In this document: positions 8,636 through 15,500 of the stretch, in pieces
Layout of the letters: every line of letters starts with the position of its first letter
Position numbering within the stretch: position 1 is the stretch's first letter
Origin: a virus
Length of the DNA stretch: 41,363 bases
IMG/VR virus record: IMGVR_UViG_3300045988_133265
Direction: 5' to 3' (one strand)
Notes under the pieces: generated by a model
The model's database searches: none
What the model saw: the letters and a program-made list of their open reading frames with translations, nothing else
What the model was told of the DNA's origin: nothing
Translations under genes and position numbers: made by a program

Positions 8636-8932
8636 TTACCACACGACGTCCGTGGTCGCAATCTTGACTTGTGTGGCGTTCACCACATCGCGGCTTCCGT
8701 CTCCTCGGCGCTGGTTGCAACGGCGACAAAGCGCGCGGCCGTTGCTCAGTTCGTAGCCACCGCCGAACTTGAACGCGACGACGTGGTCAGGCTCTGCGCT
8801 GTTCGGCCTCATGCTGTGCTCGTAGTCCAGAGCCACGCCGCAGATCGGGCAGTTGACGACGCCGCGGGCTTGTTCCGCCGCCAGCACGCGTCTGCGCCAA
8901 CGCCTGTGCTGGCCGCTGGCCGTCCGTCCCAC
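8636..8932 (-). CDS. HNH endonuclease
   Basis: CPICG...EPDHVVAFKFGGG...NGRALCRRCN carries the Cys pairs and the H-N-H core. Its position next to the terminase genes is typical of cos phages. Confidence 0.85.
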   Translation of the reverse strand: MGRTASGQHRRWRRRVLAAEQARGVVNCPICGVALDYEHSMRPNSAEPDHVVAFKFGGGYELSNGRALCRRCNQRRGDGSRDVVNATQVKIATTDVVW

Positions 8933-9063
8933 GATCCCCTCGCAGTCTGTGCCCGCAGCGTCGTCTCCCCAGCGGTCCCACCAGGAGACACGTTGGTGGG
9001 TGCTTGGGCACCAGTATAGCGCGGGCCATGGGGTGGGCGCAAGCCGGGAGTAGGGTGGTCTTC

Positions 9064-9103
9064 GTCACATACCCGGTGCCGGGCCACCCACCGGGTATGT
9101 GAC
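9064..9103. repeat. Perfect 15-bp inverted repeat with 10-nt loop
   Basis: gtcacatacccggtg (9064..9078) is the reverse complement of caccgggtatgtgac (9089..9103). The half-site TCACATACC recurs at 9144..9155, and a variant TCACGCACC recurs at 9184..9196. Confidence 0.6.
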
Positions 9104-9422
9104 CGACCCGCCCCCTGTCGCTCGGACCCATGGGTGGTCGCGATCACATACCTGGGCTGGCGCTCACCCATGGGCGCTCGCGCTCACGCACCTGGGTGCT
9201 CGTGCGTCGTGCGTGCGTCGCGTACGTACGTGAGACGACCTCTCCCTACCGATTGGTCGGCTCGTGTGTTCGACAGATTTGGTCCGAACCCGTTCGCGCG
9301 TACGCGCACTACAGACCCCCTCTCCGTAGTCGTTTCATACTAGAAGTAAAGAAAAAAACCAACTAATAATCAAAACTCAAGTCGTTATGTACGGTGGTAT
9401 TTCGGTTCCTCTGTTTAAACTC

Positions 9423-9652
9423 GGTCTAGATTGAGCGGTCCGACCTGTCTCTGAGCGGCGTCATGACGCGGTTGTTCTGGGAGACTCTTGGTCTGACTCA
9501 AACTACGAACTAGAAATCGATCGACTGACGGTCGATCGGCATGGTTGGGTCTAACAGGCCCAACCCGGAGAGACTTCCGACTTGCGGAATCTGGAGCGCT
9601 CTGCTAAATTTAGTACGTGCCCGACGGGCGATTTCTGGTCTGACTCAGACTA
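9423..9652. promoter_or_regulatory. Divergent control region with a lower-GC tract and four GGTCT(A/G)A repeats, including two 17-mers TGGTCTGACTCA(A/G)ACTA
   Basis: The copies are ggtctaga at 9423, tggtctgactcaaacta at 9489..9505, ggtctaac at 9548 and tggtctgactcagacta at 9636..9652. ACTAGAA recurs at 9340, 9509 and 9649. An 8-bp hairpin lies at 9518..9538. No credible ORF is present. Confidence 0.5.
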
Positions 9653-9678
9653 GAAGTACCGAGAGATAGGAGAGAACC

Positions 9679-10284
9679 ATGAGTACACCGATTGCTGGAC
9701 ACCGCGTGGGACCGTGTCCGCCCCAGTTCCAGGCGCTTGTGGAGGAGGACTACGCGGATCACGCGGCGGCCATGGCTAGATCGGGACGTGTGTCCACCGG
9801 ACCCGGCAGTGGCCCAACTACGGCGCTGGAGCGCATGGCGCTGGAGAGCCTGGTGCGTAACCTGGTGGACCGCCCCCGGTGCTGGGGCCGCCTGTACGGT
9901 CCGTGGGAGGCGTGGCGCGAGTCCACAGCTAAAGCGGCGTTGTCTAGGCTGCGTACCCGTCAGTCCCTGGCTAGCGAGTTCGACGTGGCGCGTACGCGTG
10001 GGCATCTGAATCTGCGGCTGCTGCTGGACACGCCCATGGCTCCGACGCTGCACGGACAGCGCTGCTGGTGGGTCTGGGGCCAGTTCGTGCCCGGCGTCCC
10101 GGACGTGGGCGTGGAGTCGGATCGTGACCGGTTCCTGCGGCTGGTGAAGGTGCTGAGCGACCGGGGTGAGACGGAGCTGATGACGGACTTGCTGATCCGG
10201 GGCGAGGACTTCCCGGACGGTTACCCGGACCGGGCGTACGTGGACCGGTGGCTGGGGGACTACGGGCTGCCGATTGATCTGTAG
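9679..10284 (+). CDS. Hypothetical early protein (paralogue of the next gene)
   Basis: 201-aa ORF, the first gene of the plus-strand arm, with RBS GGAGAGAACC-ATG. It shares the W-x-R-x-YGPW...WWV...F-x-P signature with 10310..10675. Confidence 0.65.
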   Translation: MSTPIAGHRVGPCPPQFQALVEEDYADHAAAMARSGRVSTGPGSGPTTALERMALESLVRNLVDRPRCWGRLYGPWEAWRESTAKAALSRLRTRQSLASEFDVARTRGHLNLRLLLDTPMAPTLHGQRCWWVWGQFVPGVPDVGVESDRDRFLRLVKVLSDRGETELMTDLLIRGEDFPDGYPDRAYVDRWLGDYGLPIDL

Positions 10285-10303
10285 TTATCACGCGTGATAG
10301 ACT
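10274..10303 (+). promoter_or_regulatory. Candidate sigma-A-type promoter TTGATC-N18-TAGACT with extended -10 (GTGATAGACT)
   Basis: The -10 element ends 6 nt before the ATG at 10310. It overlaps the perfect palindrome tatcacgcgtgata (10287..10300). Confidence 0.45.
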
Positions 10304-10309
10304 CGGATC

Positions 10310-10675
10310 ATGAGACCGATGAGTGCGCCCGGGCCGGTCGTGGCCGCAGACGGGCTGACGGAAGAGGAACTGACTGGCCTGCAGGACCCGCGCCTGTACG
10401 AGGCGCCGATGCCGCGGGGGAACAAGCACCGCACGGTGCTTGAGGCGGCACGGGTGCTGGAGCGCAGCCCGGGGCTGTGGTTCCGGTTCTATGGGCCGTG
10501 GCCGCTGCAGTCGCGTGGCGCCCACCAGGCGGCGAGCCACCTGCGGCTGGGTCAGCGGTATGGCGCCCAGCTGGGTGGTCGTCGGCTTGAGTTCCGGGCT
10601 ACGGCGTGGCGCGGGCACTGGTGGGTGTTCGCGCGCTTCAACCCGGACGCGGAGCCGATCCCGACAAGAGACTGA
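10310..10675 (+). CDS. Hypothetical early protein (paralogue of 9679..10284), probably leaderless
   Basis: 121-aa ORF with no SD sequence. The ATG lies exactly 7 nt after the last base of the -10 hexamer. Confidence 0.6.
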   Translation: MRPMSAPGPVVAADGLTEEELTGLQDPRLYEAPMPRGNKHRTVLEAARVLERSPGLWFRFYGPWPLQSRGAHQAASHLRLGQRYGAQLGGRRLEFRATAWRGHWWVFARFNPDAEPIPTRD

Positions 10676-10700
10676 CAGAGAGTAACAGGAGACACAAACC

Positions 10701-10982
10701 ATGTGTGATGAACGTAACACAAACGAATCTGCCGACGTAGGACCCCGGTCCTATGCTCTGCGCATGACGAGGGCGGAGTGGCCCGAGGCCCGGTTGATCC
10801 GGGTCCTGATCGGGACCGCCGGTGGGCGCCTGGTGAAGGACCTGCTGGCGCTGCGCGGGCCCTCCACGCCCCGCGGCTTCCAATACCTGCTGGAGGACGG
10901 GCGGGTGCTCGACCCCCGCGAGGACGGCGACGTGATCGAGGCCTACCACATGGTAGAGCACGTGGGGAGGCGAGTCTGGTGA
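10701..10982 (+). CDS. Hypothetical protein
   Basis: 93-aa ORF preceded by the consensus leader AGGAGACACAAACC-ATG. Confidence 0.6.
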   Translation: MCDERNTNESADVGPRSYALRMTRAEWPEARLIRVLIGTAGGRLVKDLLALRGPSTPRGFQYLLEDGRVLDPREDGDVIEAYHMVEHVGRRVW

Positions 10983-13150
10983 CCACGAACACACGTGTGG
11001 AGCGCCTGAACCCCCGCGGGTTCATGCGTATGATCGCCGCCGCCGGGCTGGTTCGCCCCACGGTGGCTCTGGATACCGAGACGTCCGGGCTCCACCCGGA
11101 TGACGGGGCGCGGGTCTCAACCGTGTCCGTGGCTCTGGTCCTGGAGGGCCGGGAGCTCGAGTTCATCCGCCGCCACCTGCACGAGGGCCAGCACGTGTGG
11201 GACTCGGGCGTGGTCACGCTGCAGGAGGAGACCTACGCGGACGGCGTGGACCCGGTCTGGATCCTGTCGGCTGCGTGGCCGTTTGACCAGGGCGTGGAGG
11301 GCACGGGCAAGCCGGAGGACTCGGGGCAGGGCGAGCTGGTCCCGGCCACGTCGAACCAGCCGCACAGCCAGTGGCGCGGTCTATGCGAGGGCTTGACGGG
11401 CCCGCCGCCCGGGTCCAACGACGGTCCGCCGCAGGGCTGCGACCTGGTCTTCCACCACGCCCGATTCGACCTGGCTATGATGGCTGCGGGCGTGCGCAGG
11501 TGGCCGGGCGACGGCGTGGACCTGCTGGACCGGTTCCTGTGGGACACGCAGAACGTGTGCGCCCAGTTGTACGCCCCGTGGGTGCTGCGGCGTGGCCCGA
11601 AGGGCGCCATGGTGGGTACGACGGCGTTGAAGCCGACTTGTGAGTTCCTGTTCGGGACCGAGGTGGGCGATGAGTCGCGTACGGTCCACGACTACCTGAG
11701 GCGGGCGAAGCTGCCGGCTGGGCGCTGGGATCTGATGCCGTGGGACCGTGTGGGTAAGTACGCGGACTTGGACGCCCGGCTGACGCTCATGCTCTACCTG
11801 CGTCAGAACCACGACCTGGACGCGTATGGCCGGGGCGAGCTGTGGGATCTGCCGGCTCCGTCGGGTCACGTGTTGGATCACGCCTACCGGCGTATGGAGG
11901 TCACGCGTATGCTGGTGCGCACTGAGCGCCGGGGCCTGCCGTACGACCCGGAGGCGGCGCGCGCGGCTGGGGACCGGCTGAGGTCCGAGCTGGAGACCCT
12001 GGGTCGGTCGCTGCCGTTCGAGCCGAGCGTGAACGCGGCGAAGCGGTTCTGGTTCGCGCCGAAGTCCGAGGGCGGCATGGGTCTGCCGCCGTATGCGACC
12101 ACCGCACAGGGGGCGCCGTCTCTTACGGCGTCGATCCTGGACCGTATGGTGCGTGATCACATGCCGCATGCGGAACAGTTCGCGCGTTACCGGGGCTGGG
12201 ACTCGGCGGTCTCGCGCTGGTACGAGGGCTGGACTTCCATGGCGGGTCCGGACGGGCGGCTCCACCCGACTTTCCGGCAGAACGGGACGGTCTCGGGTCG
12301 GTTCTCGGTGGAACGGATCCAGTTGCAGGCGATTCCGCACGATTACCGGCTGGCTCTGCCGGAGGGCGTGCCGACGCCGCGTGGTCTGATCGAGCTGGGC
12401 GTGCCTCGTGGTTGGCGCCTGGTGGAGTGCGATCTGGCTAACGCGGAGGCTCGCGTGGCTGCGCTGCTTGCAAACTGCCGGCCCATGTTGCAGGCTTTTG
12501 CACAGGGGCGGGATCTGCACGGTGAAACGGCGAAGGCTTTGTTTCACGTGTCGGAGGACCGGCCGGATTGGTCGCAGTGGCGGACGCTTGCAAAGCGTGC
12601 AAACTTTTCTTTCATCTTCGGCGTGGGGGCGGACACGTTCCGTGAAAGCCTTGCAGCGGAGGGGACGGAGATCAGCCGTGCGGAGGCGCAGCGGATCGTG
12701 GCGGACTGGAACTCGCTGTACCCTCAGTACCGGCGTGCGATCCGGTTCCATGAGGAGCGGGTGAAGCAGCGGGTGGCCCGGTACGGTGTGGGCTGGGTCG
12801 ATCTGCGTAACGGCGAGCGCCGGTGGTTCACCAGGGACGAGGACACGCACAAGGCGTTCAACCAGCGGGTCCAGGGGAATCTGGCGCAGCTGGCTCAGGA
12901 CTGGTGGCTGGAGGCGACGGACAAGGTCGACCAGTTGCTGGCCCCGTGGGTGACCGACGGCGTGGACCGGGACGGCACGTACGTGGGTGGCGTGGGTGGT
13001 GTGCTCATGGTGCATGACTCGCTGGACGTGCTGGTCCCGATCGGTGAGATCGGGGACCGGTGCGTGGATGAGGTGGTGCGCGTGGGCGGCGAGGCGTGGG
13101 AGCGCTGGTTCCCGGAGGTCCCGGGCCACGTCGACCCGTCAGCGTGGTGA
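10979..13150 (+). CDS. Family-A DNA polymerase with 3'-5' exonuclease domain (DpoZ-like by context)
   Basis: The GTG at 10979 makes a GTGA overlap with the upstream stop. Motifs seen are ExoI VALDTETSGL, motif A VECDLANAEARV, motif B RTLAKRANFSFIFGVG and motif C LMVHDSLDV. Confidence 0.85.
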   Translation: MTTNTRVERLNPRGFMRMIAAAGLVRPTVALDTETSGLHPDDGARVSTVSVALVLEGRELEFIRRHLHEGQHVWDSGVVTLQEETYADGVDPVWILSAAWPFDQGVEGTGKPEDSGQGELVPATSNQPHSQWRGLCEGLTGPPPGSNDGPPQGCDLVFHHARFDLAMMAAGVRRWPGDGVDLLDRFLWDTQNVCAQLYAPWVLRRGPKGAMVGTTALKPTCEFLFGTEVGDESRTVHDYLRRAKLPAGRWDLMPWDRVGKYADLDARLTLMLYLRQNHDLDAYGRGELWDLPAPSGHVLDHAYRRMEVTRMLVRTERRGLPYDPEAARAAGDRLRSELETLGRSLPFEPSVNAAKRFWFAPKSEGGMGLPPYATTAQGAPSLTASILDRMVRDHMPHAEQFARYRGWDSAVSRWYEGWTSMAGPDGRLHPTFRQNGTVSGRFSVERIQLQAIPHDYRLALPEGVPTPRGLIELGVPRGWRLVECDLANAEARVAALLANCRPMLQAFAQGRDLHGETAKALFHVSEDRPDWSQWRTLAKRANFSFIFGVGADTFRESLAAEGTEISRAEAQRIVADWNSLYPQYRRAIRFHEERVKQRVARYGVGWVDLRNGERRWFTRDEDTHKAFNQRVQGNLAQLAQDWWLEATDKVDQLLAPWVTDGVDRDGTYVGGVGGVLMVHDSLDVLVPIGEIGDRCVDEVVRVGGEAWERWFPEVPGHVDPSAW

Positions 13151-13158
13151 CCGTCACG

Positions 13159-13188
13159 TTGACATGTGATAACACGAGAGTTTAGGAT
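13159..13188 (+). promoter_or_regulatory. Candidate promoter TTGACA-N18-TAGGAT
   Basis: The -35 hexamer is a perfect TTGACA at 13159..13164. The -10 TAGGAT at 13183..13188 ends 6 nt before the ATG at 13195. Confidence 0.45.
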
Positions 13189-13194
13189 TGAGAC

Positions 13195-13743
13195 ATGGAA
13201 CAGGGAGACAAGACCGAGACGCGGACCGGCTACAGCGCCGAGACGCTGAGGCGCCTCGCCAGCTGGTTCGACCCGACCGGCTACCTGATGGTCAATTCCG
13301 CGCGGCGGCTGGCCACGGACAGGTCGTTCGCCACGATCCTACTGACGAAGACCAACGACCGGGAGGACTCGCTTGAGGTCCACCACCTGGCGCCCGACCG
13401 GTCCTGGCCCGTCGGAGTCGGCGGGACCAGCAGCCAGCCGCGCCGGTTCTACCAGGTGCCCGTGGTGATCTCGAAAGCACGAGACCTGCTGCTGGACATG
13501 CAGCCGTACGTGCACGTACAGAAACGGTCGCTCGAGATCATGATCCGTGCGCTGGCGGACTACGAGATCATCAAGGACCCGCAGTTCCTGCCGGAGGACC
13601 CGATCGTGAAGCGGGCCAAGCGGCGGATCCAACGGGCGCGTAGAGACCTGCGCGCCGCCAACCAACAAGCCTCCCGCCGCAAGCGGGAACTCCGCCAGCA
13701 GTTGGCGGAGATTAAGAAACACGAACAGGAGACACAGCCATGA
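13195..13743 (+). CDS. Hypothetical protein with very basic coiled-coil C-terminus, translationally coupled to the purZ-like gene
   Basis: 182-aa ORF. The C-terminus is KRAKRRIQRARRDLRAANQQASRRKRELRQQLAEIKKHEQ. There is an ATGA overlap with the next gene at 13740..13743. Confidence 0.65.
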   Translation: MEQGDKTETRTGYSAETLRRLASWFDPTGYLMVNSARRLATDRSFATILLTKTNDREDSLEVHHLAPDRSWPVGVGGTSSQPRRFYQVPVVISKARDLLLDMQPYVHVQKRSLEIMIRALADYEIIKDPQFLPEDPIVKRAKRRIQRARRDLRAANQQASRRKRELRQQLAEIKKHEQETQP

Positions 13744-14840
13744 GCAAAGTCGTCGTAGTCGCAGGCGCCCAGTTCGGGTCCGAGGGCAAGGGCCACGTGG
13801 CCGCCCAGTTGATCCAGCTGGAGCAGCGCGCCGCCCACCCGGTGCTGAACGTGCGAGTCGCCGGGCCTAACGCGGGCCACACGGTGGTCGACAGGGACGG
13901 GCGGGCGTTCGCCCTGCGTACCGTGCCGGTGGGCGCCGCCCTGGACCCGTGCCGGTGCGCGATCGCCCCGGGGTCGGAGATCGAGCTGGCGGTCCTGCGC
14001 CAGGAGGTCCAGGACCTGCGCGCCGCGGGCCACCGCGTGGACATGGTGATCGCCGCGGAGGCGACGGTCCTGACGGATGAGCACAAGCAGGCGGAGGTCG
14101 AGGCGGGCATGGCGCAGCGCCTCGGGTCCACGGCTAAGGGGATCGGGGCCTGCAGGTCGGACCGCGTGTGGCGCACGGCCACCCGGTTCGGGGACTCGCC
14201 CGAGGCGGTGGCCCTCGCGGAGGAGCTCGGCTTCGAGGTGATCGAGAACTGGGTCGCCTACATGAACGACTACCTGGACCACGTGCCTCAGGCGATCGTC
14301 GTGGAGGGCACGCAGGGCTACGGGCTGGGGCTCCACGCGGGCCACTACCCGCAGTGCACGAGTAGCGACACGCGTGGGATCGACTTCCTGGCTATGGCGG
14401 GCGTGAACCCGTGGCACGCGGGCGTGAGCGAGTTCAAGATCGTGCTGGCTACCCGCGTCTACCCGATCCGCGTGGCTGGGAACTCGGGCCCGCTCGAGGG
14501 CGAGACCACGTGGGAGGAGCTGGGCCTGCCTCAGGAGCGCACGACGGTGACTCACAAGGTCCGCCGCGTGGGCCAGTTCGACCCGGCGGCGATCAACCGG
14601 GCGATCCACGCGAACGGCGGGGAGCCGACGGTTGAGATCGCGATGACCATGGTGGACCAGGTCCTGCCGCAGATCAAGGACGCGGACGGGGACTCGGCGG
14701 ACTGGGCGTCGGCCCAGTTGGAGTCCCAGGAGGGGACGGCCGCGGCCACGGCGCTGTTCGAGTACCTGACCACGGTGCGGGCGGCGCTGGACGCGCCGAT
14801 CACCATGGTGACGACCTCGCCGTCGACGGCGCTGTACTGA
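13740..14840 (+). CDS. purZ: Adenylosuccinate synthetase homologue, PurZ-like (candidate N6-succino-2-amino-2'-deoxyadenylate synthase)
   Basis: The ORF aligns by eye along the whole length of E. coli PurA. Matches are VVVAGAQFGSEGKGHVAA (PurA VVVLGTQWGDEGKGKIVD), RVAGPNAGHTVV (RYQGGHNAGHTLV), GSTAKGIG (GTTGRGIG), VVEGTQGYGL..HYPQCTSS (MFEGAQGTLL..TYPYVTSS), IAMTMVD (FCLTKLD) and ITMVTTSPS (IDIISTGPD). At 366 aa it is shorter than the roughly 430 aa of PurA. Confidence 0.7.
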   Translation: MSKVVVVAGAQFGSEGKGHVAAQLIQLEQRAAHPVLNVRVAGPNAGHTVVDRDGRAFALRTVPVGAALDPCRCAIAPGSEIELAVLRQEVQDLRAAGHRVDMVIAAEATVLTDEHKQAEVEAGMAQRLGSTAKGIGACRSDRVWRTATRFGDSPEAVALAEELGFEVIENWVAYMNDYLDHVPQAIVVEGTQGYGLGLHAGHYPQCTSSDTRGIDFLAMAGVNPWHAGVSEFKIVLATRVYPIRVAGNSGPLEGETTWEELGLPQERTTVTHKVRRVGQFDPAAINRAIHANGGEPTVEIAMTMVDQVLPQIKDADGDSADWASAQLESQEGTAAATALFEYLTTVRAALDAPITMVTTSPSTALY

Positions 14841-14850
14841 GGAGGCGGAC

Positions 14851-15432
14851 ATGCTCAGGGGTGCGCTGGACGGCGTCCGCAATCGACTGGCGGACTGGAT
14901 CCGGGTCCCGGGGGACGACCCCGTGGAGCCGCCGGTCTGGGAGTTCCTGGTGGAGGAGGACCCGGGTCCGGTCTCGACCCAGTCGGGTCGGTTCATGGGG
15001 CAGGAGCGGGTGGCTCCCTGTTGCGAGCCGTGGCTGACGGACCTGGTGGGGTCGGCTCCGACGGCGGCCAGCCCGGACGACCCCGGGACCTCGGTGGAGG
15101 CGCTGGCGGATCTGCGTGACTGGTGGCTGTCGACCGCCCAGGCGGACATGGCCATGGTGGCGCCGAAGGCCGTGGAGTACGGCTCGGTGGAACTGGAGGA
15201 GATGGGCGCGGCGCTGGCCCGTATGATGGGCCGGTCGGACCTGTCGGCCGCCCGCCGGGTGGAGCTGGCGTGCTGGTTCTACGCGATGGGGAAGATGCAG
15301 CGGTGGACGGCGGCGGTCACGCGTGGTGAGTTCGTCTCGGACGACACGCTTACGGACCTGGGGGTTTACACGCTCATGGTCCGCCGCGCCCGTGAGGCCG
15401 GGACCTGGCCGGGTGGCCCGGACCGGGACTGA
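14851..15432 (+). CDS. MazG-like nucleotide pyrophosphohydrolase candidate (MazZ/DUF550-like by context)
   Basis: 193-aa ORF with a GGAGG RBS. The C-terminal roughly 100 aa (KAVEYGSVELEEMG...ELACWFYAMGKMQRW...DDTLTDLGVYTLMV) resembles the all-alpha MazG-like pattern, from memory only. The N-terminal roughly 90 aa is unassigned. Confidence 0.45.
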   Translation: MLRGALDGVRNRLADWIRVPGDDPVEPPVWEFLVEEDPGPVSTQSGRFMGQERVAPCCEPWLTDLVGSAPTAASPDDPGTSVEALADLRDWWLSTAQADMAMVAPKAVEYGSVELEEMGAALARMMGRSDLSAARRVELACWFYAMGKMQRWTAAVTRGEFVSDDTLTDLGVYTLMVRRAREAGTWPGGPDRD

Positions 15433-15441
15433 TTAGAGACT

Positions 15442-15478
15442 GGCGCCCCGCCTGGTGATCGGGATCGGGCGGGGCGCC
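15442..15478 (+). terminator. GC-rich hairpin (11-bp stem) between the MazG-like and dUTPase-fusion genes
   Basis: ggcgccccgcc (15442..15452) is the reverse complement of ggcggggcgcc (15468..15478), with a 15-nt loop. The T tail is weak. Confidence 0.35.
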
Positions 15479-15500
15479 TCGAAACTTTGGAGACAGAACG

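Noticed and set aside
9205-9232. Alternating purine-pyrimidine run (gtgcgtgcgtcgcgtacgtacgtg), possibly Z-DNA-forming.
   Set aside because: It is short and imperfect with no independent support, so it is treated as part of the repeat-rich control region rather than a feature.
8787-9366. ORFs 8787..9131 (-), 8809..9171 (-), 9130..9366 (+) and 9134..9343 (+) in the region upstream of HNH.
   Set aside because: They overlap the HNH gene or each other, have Arg/Pro/Gly-biased composition and no RBS. The region is better explained by the inverted and direct repeats seen there.
10778-10978. Upstream extension of the polymerase ORF (track start 10778).
   Set aside because: The extension is Arg/Gly/Pro-rich and fully overlaps the well-supported 93-aa gene 10701..10982. 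The GTG at 10979 gives a GTGA stop-start overlap and begins just before the exonuclease motif.
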